Positions 16,558-25,376 of a DNA stretch of 32,000 nt are shown here, one piece after another; position 1 is the first letter of the stretch, and each line of letters opens with the position of its first letter. A program made the position numbers and the translations under genes. The stretch lies in NCBI GenBank assembly GCA_021650915.1, contig CP091279.1:2880001-2912000 (forward strand), given 5' to 3'. The notes beneath the pieces were generated by a model that searched no databases, was not told the DNA's origin, and saw nothing but the letters and a program-made list of their open reading frames with translations. This stretch comes from Candidatus Brocadia sp. Lineage in GTDB: Bacteria > Planctomycetota > Brocadiia > Brocadiales > Brocadiaceae.

Positions 16558-16903
16558 AACACCTTAGTTTTTTGAAAAATTCCAATAAAGACGATGTTTA
16601 CCATGCCGTGAGTGGCAGGTTTGAAACCTGCCACTACAAGACAATAATATTCATAGCGCGGCACAGCCGCAACCAAATTTCCTTTATGAAAGCGGGGAGA
16701 TTGCTTCGGAAAAGGCCCCCGCAATGACACCGGCCATGCACTTTGATGGCACACTGCATGTTGTCATCGCGAGTGAAGCGAAGCAATCTTTCACTCATAA
16801 AAAACGGTATCTCCTGAAAAGGGGTTTGTGAAAAAACTCACAGAAAAAAGAAGTTTTTATACAGTAATACTATAGAGAGAATTTTTCAAAAAGCTAAAGT
16901 GTT
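16558..16903. mobile_element. MITE-like nested-palindrome repeat, copy 2 (346 bp, no credible coding capacity)
   Basis: Terminal inverted repeats aacaccttagttttttgaaaaatt (16558-16581) and aatttttcaaaaagctaaagtgtt (16880-16903) match at 22 of 24 positions. The left ~50 bp are homologous to copy 1 (ttgaaaaatt[a/c]caataa..ac.atgt..acc). Inner hairpins are gtggcaggt/acctgccac (16612-16634) and a ~90-bp imperfect palindrome at 16699-16788 (gattgcttcg...cgaagcaatc). Confidence 0.55.
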
Positions 16904-16917
16904 GCAAAAACGCGAAA

Positions 16918-17469
16918 CTACTTTTTTTCTTCTATAGCCTCCGTTGTGAAGCTATACATTTCAATATCTTTGTGCTTCCATGCGTCGGCAGACAATCCGG
17001 CCTTGTGAGAACAACAGGCGGAGAGAAATTCTTCTTTGCTCCAGCCAGTTTCTGTTGCCACCTGGGGCAGAAAACATCCCGCGCTAAAACCCTTCTTTAT
17101 ATAGATACCGTGCTTCCCAAGCTCAAAATCGAGCGGATTGTCCATCTGTTTTAAGGGTGACAGCACGGAGATCTCAATATCGAGCTGATCGAGTTCTGAA
17201 GGGGTTATACGATGAAACTCAAATCGGGGATCATCGGTTGCTGAGGCGGCTGACAATTCAGAAACCGACTGGTAAAGCGGCATATCAGACTGAAAACGAC
17301 CAATGCATCCCCGAAGTTGCCCACGTGTCCTTAGTGTGACAAAAACCCCGAGTTTCTCCTGAAGGTCAGGACGACTGCAGGATACGGGCGGATTCGGTTC
17401 CTGTTTTATGGCAGCCCTGATACTTTTTCTTGCGATATCGAAAAGAATCCTTTTTGCTTGCTCTTCCAA
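16918..17469 (-). CDS. AMMECR1 domain protein (AmmeMemoRadiSam system protein A-like)
   Basis: GVFVTLRTRGQLRGCIG, DDPRFEF, IEISVLSPL and CFLPQVA are hallmark AMMECR1 motifs. 183 aa with a TTG start. Confidence 0.9.
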   Translation of the reverse strand: MEEQAKRILFDIARKSIRAAIKQEPNPPVSCSRPDLQEKLGVFVTLRTRGQLRGCIGRFQSDMPLYQSVSELSAASATDDPRFEFHRITPSELDQLDIEISVLSPLKQMDNPLDFELGKHGIYIKKGFSAGCFLPQVATETGWSKEEFLSACCSHKAGLSADAWKHKDIEMYSFTTEAIEEKK

Positions 17470-17532
17470 GGGAGTTTGTGTTTTTTATGATTGAAAGAAA
17501 TGGGAAAAATCGTGCGTTATAGAAAACGAGAT

Positions 17533-19161
17533 TCAGGATCTCACGCCTTCATGAAACACGTCTGCCGTAAAAACGTAAAATTCCATGCCATCGTCTTTCC
17601 ATGCATCACGGGATAATCCAGCTTTTTGGCAGAGGCGGCATAAGGTTTCGACCCTATCCCAGCCCTGTTCCACCGCAACCTGGGGAAGAAACACCGCGTT
17701 GAAAGGACCCTTGCGTATAATGACGCCCTCTTTGCCTACCTCAAAATTATCCGCTCCTGCAATTCTCTTTGGTTTGCTCAGAACGGAAATTTCAATGGTA
17801 ATATCACTCACTTCTTTTGGACCTACCGGTTCAAATCTCCGGTCGTGAGCAGAGGAATGAATGGTGTTTTCTACCACCCCCTGAAAGAGAGGCGATTGCG
17901 GCAAGAGGTGTCCGATACATCCGCGAAGTTCGCCATATTTTTTTAATGTGACAAAAACACCGTATTTTTCTTTTAAATTTGGAGTCAACCGGTTGTTTAC
18001 CTGGCCAGGACTTGGTGGATTGCCGGTCTTTGTATAGGTTTCCAGGGTATTCCTTGCCAAAGACAGAAGGAGCGCTTTTTCTTCATCCGTCAGGAAATAC
18101 GGGTGCGTTTCGAGTGGTTCTTTTTTTGGCGCCATAAAACCGGATTTTGTATCCGCTGGTTTTGTAAAGAGAATGGACGCATAACTCACGGAGTAAGAAA
18201 AATTGCTGGACTGATGTCCTGAGGTATCATAATTCAATATCTCGCACGATACATTATCCGGCAACAATTTCAGGAGCAACAGAATCGGCATAAGGCCGCA
18301 AGCGTTTATTCCCGTCTCCTTCCGGTACTGTTTCAGTCCATTAAAATCCCTGGCGCGGATCTTTTCAAATGCGCCGTTGTCCAAAGCCGTGATATTCTTT
18401 TCTATGTCTTTCCGAAAGGGAACGTAATTATAGCCATCGCCATAATGCGTAAAATCAGAACTCACCACAAGAAGGGTTTTTTCATCGAGCAAGGGGCGTA
18501 TGGCATTTGCCATCCGGTCGAAATCATCTTCAATTAATATGCCGATTAAGATGGGAACCAGTTTGAAAGAGTTGAGAGACATCTGCAAGAAAGGCAATTG
18601 CGTCTCCAGGGAATGCTCTCCCTGGTAGGCGCCTTCATATTCCCCAAAAAGCGGAGCGCTTTTCTGAGGGGAACTGGCCCGCGCATCATGGGTTTGATTA
18701 AGAAGTTGGTTGCATGCATCCTGGTCTACCGGGATAACGCCCAAGGGTGTTTTAAAATTTTTTACCTTAAGAATAGAAGCGCCCCGGAATCGTTTGCCAC
18801 CATGAAAATGGCTGGGTGAAAGGATGATGACTCTGGTAAAATTCGTGTCTTTAAGGGCATGATATCCATACGCGGCCACCTGACCAGAGTATTGATAACC
18901 CGCATGTGGTGAAATAAGGGCAACAGGTCTTCCGTTCAGAAAGAGATTAGGAATAGTCTTGAAAAAACTATTTATCTGATCTTTCAGGGCAGTTTCGTTG
19001 CCGGGATAAAATCGTCCGGCAACTTGAGGTTCCCAGGTTTCTTTCGGTTCTGTTTGAGCAAGCAATGCAGAACAATTTGATAGAGCAAGAAGTAGAACAG
19101 GCAAAATAGCTACGATTTTCAGAAGATGCATTCTCATAATTTGAACAATTATCCTCCCCAA
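17533..19161 (-). CDS. Signal-peptide-bearing fusion of a Memo-like domain (AmmeMemoRadiSam protein B-like) and an AMMECR1 domain
   Basis: The N-terminal half has ISPHAGYQYSGQVAAYGY and VVSSDFTHYGDGYNY (Memo/extradiol-like). The C-terminal ~190 aa have GVFVTLKKYGELRGCIG, HDRRFEP, IEISVLSKP and VFLPQVA (AMMECR1). The N-terminus is hydrophobic (LLKIVAILPVLLLALSNCSALLAQTEP). The real start may be the ATG at 19137, because GGGGAGGA lies inside the listed first codons. Confidence 0.85.
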   Translation of the reverse strand: MGRIIVQIMRMHLLKIVAILPVLLLALSNCSALLAQTEPKETWEPQVAGRFYPGNETALKDQINSFFKTIPNLFLNGRPVALISPHAGYQYSGQVAAYGYHALKDTNFTRVIILSPSHFHGGKRFRGASILKVKNFKTPLGVIPVDQDACNQLLNQTHDARASSPQKSAPLFGEYEGAYQGEHSLETQLPFLQMSLNSFKLVPILIGILIEDDFDRMANAIRPLLDEKTLLVVSSDFTHYGDGYNYVPFRKDIEKNITALDNGAFEKIRARDFNGLKQYRKETGINACGLMPILLLLKLLPDNVSCEILNYDTSGHQSSNFSYSVSYASILFTKPADTKSGFMAPKKEPLETHPYFLTDEEKALLLSLARNTLETYTKTGNPPSPGQVNNRLTPNLKEKYGVFVTLKKYGELRGCIGHLLPQSPLFQGVVENTIHSSAHDRRFEPVGPKEVSDITIEISVLSKPKRIAGADNFEVGKEGVIIRKGPFNAVFLPQVAVEQGWDRVETLCRLCQKAGLSRDAWKDDGMEFYVFTADVFHEGVRS

Positions 19162-19327
19162 TTCTTATCAAGAGCCACAAGGTAAAACGACGGACATCGG
19201 TCGCTTCGTCCGTTTTGATTTGGGACAGAAGAAACGCGCCCGACATGGCATAAACGTATTTTGTGAAATAAACATAAACACGCATTAAAGTCAAGAGAAA
19301 TCTAAGGGTGGACGGCGGAGTTTTAAA

Positions 19328-19355
19328 TTGACATTAAGACGCTTTTCGCTATAAT
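19328..19355 (+). promoter_or_regulatory. Near-consensus sigma70-type promoter upstream of ilvD
   Basis: TTGACA (19328-19333), a 16-nt spacer, then TATAAT (19350-19355). Confidence 0.55.
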
Positions 19356-19433
19356 GGATAGGCTTTATGGCATAATATTTTCTATTTTCTTTACTATAGT
19401 TCGTTGTTTTCAACTCTGAAAGGAAAGGCGCAT

Positions 19434-21092
19434 TTGCGAAGCGACAAAATCACGAAGGGACTTGAACGTGTTCCGGCCAGGGCGCTTTTGTATGCCACAG
19501 GCTTAAACCGGGAGGACTTAGGAAAGCCTTTTATTGGAATTGCCAGCAGTTTTACCGATCTGATTCCCGGACACGTGCATATGCGGTCGCTTGAAAGGGC
19601 AATTGAAAAGGGGATTCATGCGGGCGGTGGGGTAAGTTTTATTTTTGGCGTGCCCGGCATTTGTGATGGAATAGCGATGGGACACTCAGGTATGCGGTAT
19701 TCGCTTGCATCAAGAGACCTTATTGCGGATATCATTGAGTGCGTCGTAAGCGCGCACTGCCTGGACGGCCTGGTGATGCTGACAAACTGCGACAAGATCA
19801 CGCCAGGAATGTTAATGGGCGCTGCCCGGCTGGATATTCCGGGAATTGTCCTGACCGCAGGCCCAATGGTCTCCGGACGTTCCGGAAAGCAGAAGCTTTC
19901 TTTAGTAAAAGACACCTTTGAGGCCGTGGGAAGAAAGCGAAAAGGAGAAATCAGCGACGAAGAGCTTTCCTGTCTCGAAATGGAGGCTTGTCCCGGCCCA
20001 GGTTCCTGCCAGGGGCTTTATACCGCCAACACGATGGCGTGTGTTACTGAAGCAATAGGAATGTCCTTGCCGCGATGCGCCGCATCGCTGGCTATCTCTT
20101 CGGAAAAGGAGCGGCTTGCTTATAAAAGCGGACAACAGGTGGTCGAATTGGTGAGAAAAGGGATTACTGCCCGGAAAATTATGACCAAAGAGGCATTTGA
20201 AAACGCCATCATGGTTGATATGGCGCTTGGGGGTTCAACAAACTCGTGTCTCCATATTCCCGCTATTGCAAACGAGGCCGGAGTGAAGGTTGATTTGCAT
20301 TTATGCGATTCGATTAGTGCGAGAACGCCGCATATTACCAGCATGCAGCCGGGGGGTGAATATTTACTGGAGGATTTATATTATGCAGGCGGGATTCCCG
20401 CGGTTATGAAACGACTCTGTGGCGATTTGCACGACTGCGCTACGGTGAGCGGTCTGAGTACGCAGCAGATAGCAAAGGCGGCGGAAATTCACGATGAGGA
20501 TGTTATCAGGGCAAAGGAAAAGGCATATCACAAAGAGGGGGGAATTGCCGTTTTGTATGGAACGTTATCGCCTGACGGCGCTGTAATTAAACAGAGCGCC
20601 GTGTCGAGCGCGATGATGCAATTTAGGGGTATTGCAAAGGTATTTGACAGCGAAGAAACCGCAATGGCAGCGATCATGGGTTCTCAGATTAAGAAAGGCA
20701 CGGTTGTGGTAATCCGATACGAAGGGCCGCGCGGGGGGCCGGGAATGCGGGAGATGTTGTCGCCTACCGCGGCGCTTGTTGGTATGGGTTTGGGAGAGTC
20801 TGTTGCATTGGTCACTGACGGGCGATTTTCCGGCGGCACCCAGGGACCTTGCATAGGACACGTATCCCCGGAAGCAATGGTTGGAGGCCCTCTTGCGTTG
20901 GTGGAGGACGGGGATGAGATCCTGATTGACATCCCCCAGAGAAGATTGGATATACACGTTACGAAAGAGGCGCTGGCAAAGCGCAAGGCGTGTTGGATAC
21001 CCCCAAAGCCAAAAATCACGCAGGGTTTATTGTCCAGATATGCAAAATGTGTAACCTCTGCAGATAAAGGGGCGGTTCTTATTGCGGAATAG
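19434..21092 (+). CDS. ilvD: Dihydroxy-acid dehydratase
   Basis: [55 protein letters not shown] and DGRFSGGT are present. The in-frame TTG at 19434 (MRSDKITKG, with AGGAAAGG just upstream) fits the family N-terminus better than the listed 19404. Confidence 0.95.
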   Translation: MRSDKITKGLERVPARALLYATGLNREDLGKPFIGIASSFTDLIPGHVHMRSLERAIEKGIHAGGGVSFIFGVPGICDGIAMGHSGMRYSLASRDLIADIIECVVSAHCLDGLVMLTNCDKITPGMLMGAARLDIPGIVLTAGPMVSGRSGKQKLSLVKDTFEAVGRKRKGEISDEELSCLEMEACPGPGSCQGLYTANTMACVTEAIGMSLPRCAASLAISSEKERLAYKSGQQVVELVRKGITARKIMTKEAFENAIMVDMALGGSTNSCLHIPAIANEAGVKVDLHLCDSISARTPHITSMQPGGEYLLEDLYYAGGIPAVMKRLCGDLHDCATVSGLSTQQIAKAAEIHDEDVIRAKEKAYHKEGGIAVLYGTLSPDGAVIKQSAVSSAMMQFRGIAKVFDSEETAMAAIMGSQIKKGTVVVIRYEGPRGGPGMREMLSPTAALVGMGLGESVALVTDGRFSGGTQGPCIGHVSPEAMVGGPLALVEDGDEILIDIPQRRLDIHVTKEALAKRKACWIPPKPKITQGLLSRYAKCVTSADKGAVLIAE

Positions 21093-21142
21093 CAGGCGTT
21101 GTGTTCGGGCTTTGCGCCCTTAAGAACCCCTGAAATGAATGC

Positions 21143-21216
21143 TACCCGGTGGTGTAATGGTAACACTAGAGATTTTGGTTCTCTCATTGGAGGTTCGAGT
21201 CCTCCCCGGGTAGCCA
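21143..21216 (+). tRNA. tRNA-Gln (anticodon UUG), CCA encoded
   Basis: Hand-folded cloverleaf. Acceptor tacccgg pairs with ccgggta (U1:A72). D-stem gtgt/acac. Anticodon stem agaga/tctct with loop tt-TTG-gt. T-arm ggagg-ttcgagt-cctcc. Discriminator G followed by CCA. Confidence 0.9.
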
Positions 21217-21359
21217 TTGTATTTTATAGGAAAACGTGGTCACTGGCCTGCGGTGTCGCATCGGATCTTTTGTATCCTGCATCCGATAGAGGATAAAGCA
21301 GGGGTTGCAAATATATTGGAAAATGGTGTATCTTTTTTAGGAAGAGACTGAGGAATAGA

Positions 21360-22331
21360 ATGGACAAAAAAAGACGACTGGAAGAAATAAACCATTTGAA
21401 GATTTTTTCGGGAAATGCGAATCCTTCTCTGGCAGTGAAGATTTGCGAACATCTCTCGATTCGCCTGGGAAATGCCTATGTGGGCCGTTTTCCTGACGGA
21501 GAAATTGATCTGAAAGTAAATGAGGACGTCCGCGGGGCCGATGTGTTTTTAATACAGCCGACCTGTCCTCCTGTCAATGAAAATTTAACCGAGCTGCTGG
21601 TATTTATCGATTGTTTAAAAAGGGCATCTGCCGCGCGCATTACAGCGGTGTTGCCCTATTATGGGTATGCGCGCAAAGACAGAAAAGACGAAGGACGTGT
21701 GCCCATTACGGCAAAACTGGTTGCAAACCTTATCACGGAAGCGGGCGCCGACCGCGCGCTTACGGTTGATCTGCACGCCGCACAAATTCAAGGATTTTTT
21801 GATATCCCGGTAGACCATTTGCTGGCCTTTCCTGTGCTGTCCCAATATTTTGAACAGTTAAACACGGGGGATTTGGTGGTGGTAACACCCGATGTAGGGG
21901 GCATAAAATTGGCCAGAAATTATTCAAAAAAACTGGGAATAAAGATGGCAATTGTTGACAAACGCAGAATAGGTCCCGAAGAGACGGAAGTTGGGTTTGT
22001 CATAGGCGACGTAGCAAATAAAAATATCGTCATGATTGATGATCTGATTGCAACAGGGGGGTCAATCGCTCAGGCTGCGAATGTGCTCAAGGAGCGTGGG
22101 GCAAAAGATATTTATGTTGGCGCTACCCATCCGGTATTCTGCGGCGCCGCGGTTGAAAAATTATCCGCTGCGCCGATTAAGGAAATCGTAGTTACGGATA
22201 CGATACCGTTGAATGAAAAAGCGAAAGGATTGCATGGCAAAATAAAAGTGTTATCTATTTCCAAACTCTTAGGAGATGCGATAACGAGAATTCATCGCCA
22301 TGAGTCGGTGAGTTCTCTCTTTGTTCAGTAA
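21360..22331 (+). CDS. prs: Ribose-phosphate pyrophosphokinase (PRPP synthetase)
   Basis: LKIFSGNANPSLA, FPDGE, YYGYARKDRK, VDLHAAQIQGFF and the PRPP-binding loop VMIDDLIATGGS are present. Confidence 0.95.
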   Translation: MDKKRRLEEINHLKIFSGNANPSLAVKICEHLSIRLGNAYVGRFPDGEIDLKVNEDVRGADVFLIQPTCPPVNENLTELLVFIDCLKRASAARITAVLPYYGYARKDRKDEGRVPITAKLVANLITEAGADRALTVDLHAAQIQGFFDIPVDHLLAFPVLSQYFEQLNTGDLVVVTPDVGGIKLARNYSKKLGIKMAIVDKRRIGPEETEVGFVIGDVANKNIVMIDDLIATGGSIAQAANVLKERGAKDIYVGATHPVFCGAAVEKLSAAPIKEIVVTDTIPLNEKAKGLHGKIKVLSISKLLGDAITRIHRHESVSSLFVQ

Positions 22332-22357
22332 ATTTATGTTTTTGGGAGTAAGGCAAG

Positions 22358-23005
22358 ATGAAAATCCTGGAATTAAAGGCAGAAAAAAGGGCAACCAAAG
22401 GGAGTAAGGCAGTTCAAAAACTAAGAATGACCGGAAAAATTCCGGCAGTGTTGTATGGCCACCGGCAGGACAACATTATGCTGTGCATGAAGGAGGACGA
22501 ATTTACGCGTATCCTGCACACTGGAACGCGAATGCTCTACCTAACCTATGATAACCAGAGGGAATCGGCGCTTATTAAAGAGATTCAATATGACCACATT
22601 GTGGATCGCGTGCTTCATGTTGATTTCTCCCGCATTGACCTGGATGAACGGGTAAAGCTAAGGGTGCCGGTAGAATTAACCGGAGAATCCATCGGGGTAA
22701 AGGAAGGCGGGATATTGACCCACGTTATGAAAGACATAGAAATAGAATGCCTGCCAACAGCAATACCAGAAATGATAAAAGTAAATGTATCGGAATTAGG
22801 TTTGGGCAAGGCAATCCACGTGAAAGAATTACCCGTATTGGAAGGTATCCGGTATCTGTCAGACGGGGAAACCGTCGTTGTCTCAGTCCACCAGCTTGTG
22901 GAGAAAAAGGCCGTGGCTGAAGAAGAACTCCTGGCCGAACCTGAAGTTATTACGAAGAAGCCAAAAGAGGGTGAAGAAGCTGCTGAGGCTGAAAAAAAGG
23001 CTTGA
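22358..23005 (+). CDS. rplY: 50S ribosomal protein L25 / general stress protein Ctc (long form)
   Basis: KAEKRATKGSKAVQKLRMTGKIPAVLYG, a C-terminal acidic/lysine-rich tail, and the conserved prs-ctc-pth gene order. Confidence 0.9.
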   Translation: MKILELKAEKRATKGSKAVQKLRMTGKIPAVLYGHRQDNIMLCMKEDEFTRILHTGTRMLYLTYDNQRESALIKEIQYDHIVDRVLHVDFSRIDLDERVKLRVPVELTGESIGVKEGGILTHVMKDIEIECLPTAIPEMIKVNVSELGLGKAIHVKELPVLEGIRYLSDGETVVVSVHQLVEKKAVAEEELLAEPEVITKKPKEGEEAAEAEKKA

Positions 23006-23019
23006 CATGGCATGGCTAA

Positions 23020-23574
23020 ATGAAGATTATCGTTGGTCTGGGAAATCCCGGAGAAAGGTATTTGAGGACACGGCACAATTTTGGCTTTATGGTAATCGAT
23101 CGTTTTGCACGGTACCTGGAAGCAGAGTGCAGGCAAAAAAATTTCCAGTCGTTCTTTTGCAAAAAGACGATGCAAGGGGAAGAAATTATTTTATTAAAAC
23201 CCCAAACATTCATGAATCTAAGCGGCGGTGCGGTAAAAGAAGCTTTGGCTTTTTATAAGGGTGCACTGCGCGATCTCATGGTGGTATGCGACGACCTGGA
23301 TTTGCCGCTGGGGAAAATACGGGTTAAACGGGATGGTGGCAGCGGTGGTCACCGTGGGCTGGAATCTATTGCTCAGTCACTGGGAAATTCAGGTTTTCCC
23401 CGGTTAAAAATCGGGATAGGGCGTCCGCCAGGAGGAGACACCAGCAACTACGTTCTCTCCCCGTTTTCCAAAGATGAAGAATCCACGGTTCACGAAACCA
23501 TAGAAAAGACTTGTCTGGCTCTGCAAACCTGGATTTTTGAAGGGGTTGAGACCTGTATGAACAAATTTAATTAG
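23020..23574 (+). CDS. pth: Peptidyl-tRNA hydrolase
   Basis: MKIIVGLGNPGERYLRTRHNFGF, QTFMNLSG, VVCDDLDLPLGKIRVKRDGGSGGHRG and LKIGIGRP are present. Confidence 0.95.
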   Translation: MKIIVGLGNPGERYLRTRHNFGFMVIDRFARYLEAECRQKNFQSFFCKKTMQGEEIILLKPQTFMNLSGGAVKEALAFYKGALRDLMVVCDDLDLPLGKIRVKRDGGSGGHRGLESIAQSLGNSGFPRLKIGIGRPPGGDTSNYVLSPFSKDEESTVHETIEKTCLALQTWIFEGVETCMNKFN

Positions 23575-23651
23575 CGAGTCATGCACCATATTCGCAAGGG
23601 GAGAAAAGATATGGTATTTACGGGAAACATTAAACGGAGGAGGAAATAAAG

Positions 23652-24068
23652 GTGAGGATGTACGAAGGGTTATTTTTGCTTGATAATGCACACGCCAGCA
23701 TGGAGTGGGATAACGTGGTCAAACACATCCATGATATCCTGCAAAAGAACGGGGCGGAAATTCTGAAAACAGAAAAATGGGGTGAAAAAAAATTGGCATA
23801 TAAGATTAAGGGACATAAGCGAGGAACCTATCTGCTGATTCATTTTCATGCCAAAAACTCAGCTATTACAACCATCAAAAGGGATCTTCAGCTTTCTGAT
23901 TATGTCATTCGTTCTTTGATTGTGAAAGACGATAAGATTGAGGAATTATCTCAAGCCGTTCCGGCAGAAGGAACGGCGGAAAAGACTGTCGGCGCGGTAC
24001 CCGCAACCGCGGAAAAGGACTTGGTGAAGGAAAGTGATGTGTCCCTCAAGACCGCGGATACCGTATAA
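23652..24068 (+). CDS. rpsF: 30S ribosomal protein S6
   Basis: MRMYEGLFLL...KWGEKKLAYKIKGHKRGTYLLIHF. GTG start with GGAGGAGG 7 nt upstream. Classical rpsF-ssb-rpsR-rplI gene order. Confidence 0.9.
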   Translation: MRMYEGLFLLDNAHASMEWDNVVKHIHDILQKNGAEILKTEKWGEKKLAYKIKGHKRGTYLLIHFHAKNSAITTIKRDLQLSDYVIRSLIVKDDKIEELSQAVPAEGTAEKTVGAVPATAEKDLVKESDVSLKTADTV

Positions 24069-24176
24069 CAGCGTAAAGACGTATGCCGTGCTTTTGGATT
24101 TACAAGGGTAAGTGAAAAGTTTATAAAATACCGAAAAAGAATTTGATTCGATCCGCTTTTTCAAAAGGAGCAGAGT

Positions 24177-24617
24177 ATGGCAAGCCTGAATAAAGTATTT
24201 CTCATGGGAAATCTCACGCGGGACCCGGAGTTGAGATACACGCCGGCAGGGCTGGCGGTCGCAAGTTTTGGAATCGCAATCAACCGGGCGTGGACTGCGA
24301 AAACGGGCGAGCAGAAAGAAGAAGTGTGTTATGTCGACATCAATATTTTCGGGCGCAGGGCTGAGGTTGTAGGAGAATATTTCAGTAAGGGCAGTCCGAT
24401 TTTTATCGAAGGGCGTTTACAATTTAATCAATGGGAAACCAAAGATGGACAAAAGCGGAGCACCCTTCGTGTTGTTGCTGATAATTTTCAATTTATCGGA
24501 GGACAGGCGAAGCGTCCCGCGGGTGAAACAGGTGCATCGCTGAAAGAGGGTAAACAGCCAGAGGAAATCCATGATGATGTTCATCTTGATATAAATAACG
24601 AAGAGATACCATTTTAA
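24177..24617 (+). CDS. ssb: Single-stranded DNA-binding protein
   Basis: MASLNKVFLMGNLTRDPELRYTPAG OB-fold start and the acidic tip ...DINNEEIPF. AAGGAG RBS. Confidence 0.93.
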   Translation: MASLNKVFLMGNLTRDPELRYTPAGLAVASFGIAINRAWTAKTGEQKEEVCYVDINIFGRRAEVVGEYFSKGSPIFIEGRLQFNQWETKDGQKRSTLRVVADNFQFIGGQAKRPAGETGASLKEGKQPEEIHDDVHLDINNEEIPF

Positions 24618-24653
24618 TATATTTTGTGGAATTTTTCATGAGGACAGAAAGAT

Positions 24654-24875
24654 ATGACAAAAAGAATGTTTAATAAAACAAGCAAGTGCCGGTTCTGCCG
24701 AATGGGAGTTGGCGAGGTAGATTACAAAGACACGCAGAATTTACCAAAACTTACAACAAGTCAGGGAAAACTTTTTTCGAGAAAACGCTCTGGGAACTGC
24801 GCCCGCCATCAGCGCTCCGTCAAGGTGTCTATTAAACGGGCGAGATTTATGGCATTGCTTCCGTATGTGGCGTAA
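24654..24875 (+). CDS. rpsR: 30S ribosomal protein S18
   Basis: CRFCRMGVGEVDYKDTQNLPKL...SGNCARHQRSVKVSIKRARFMALLPY. Confidence 0.93.
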   Translation: MTKRMFNKTSKCRFCRMGVGEVDYKDTQNLPKLTTSQGKLFSRKRSGNCARHQRSVKVSIKRARFMALLPYVA

Positions 24876-24887
24876 GAGGAGATAATC

Positions 24888-25355
24888 ATGGAATTGTTAT
24901 TGAAAAAGAACGTGGACAAGCTTGGCAGGATTGGCGATATCGTAAAGGTAAAGGAAGGATACGCGAGAAATTACTTGCTGCCTCAGGGACTGGCAACAAA
25001 CGTTTCCCCTGCCAATCTAAAACAGATAGAAAAAGAAAAGATCAAGATGGAGTTGCAGTTAAAGGAAGAAAGGGCGCAGTTGCAGGGAATATTAGAAAAA
25101 ATCTCTGCAGCTTCCTGCACCATTTTGGTAAAGGCAAACGAAGAAGGACGTCTCTTTGGCTCTGTTACCGCCATTCAGATTGCAGAGTCATTGACAAAAG
25201 AAGGATATCCGGTCAGTCATGAGATGGTGAGACTCGATAGTCCAATAAAAGTATGCGGCGATTTTGATATCACGATTGCGCTGAATCTTGAGCTACAGAC
25301 AAAGTGTAAAGTTGCGGTAGTAAAAGAGGATACCGGCACACCCGAAAATACCTAG
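24888..25355 (+). CDS. rplI: 50S ribosomal protein L9
   Basis: MELLLKKNVDKLGRIGDIVKVKEGYARNYLLPQGLA, with an AGAGGAG RBS. Confidence 0.93.
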   Translation: MELLLKKNVDKLGRIGDIVKVKEGYARNYLLPQGLATNVSPANLKQIEKEKIKMELQLKEERAQLQGILEKISAASCTILVKANEEGRLFGSVTAIQIAESLTKEGYPVSHEMVRLDSPIKVCGDFDITIALNLELQTKCKVAVVKEDTGTPENT

Positions 25356-25376
25356 GTTCCCGTTAAGGAAGCACGG

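Noticed and set aside
16431-16754. 107-aa minus-strand ORF
   Set aside because: It lies across the palindromic interior of the MITE-like element and overlaps the small plus-strand ORF. Its sequence (…VSLRGPFPKQSP…) is the kind of artefact produced by translating such repeats.
20684-21217. 177-aa minus-strand ORF covering the ilvD 3' end and the tRNA-Gln gene
   Set aside because: It is antisense to a well-supported ilvD frame and runs straight through a canonical tRNA. Its composition is Pro/Gly/Ser-rich, as expected for the reverse frame of a GC-rich gene.
22615-23175. 186-aa minus-strand ORF antisense to rplY (L25)/pth
   Set aside because: It overlaps two strongly supported plus-strand genes and their intergenic RBS. 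The sequence is low-complexity and Ser-rich with no motifs.
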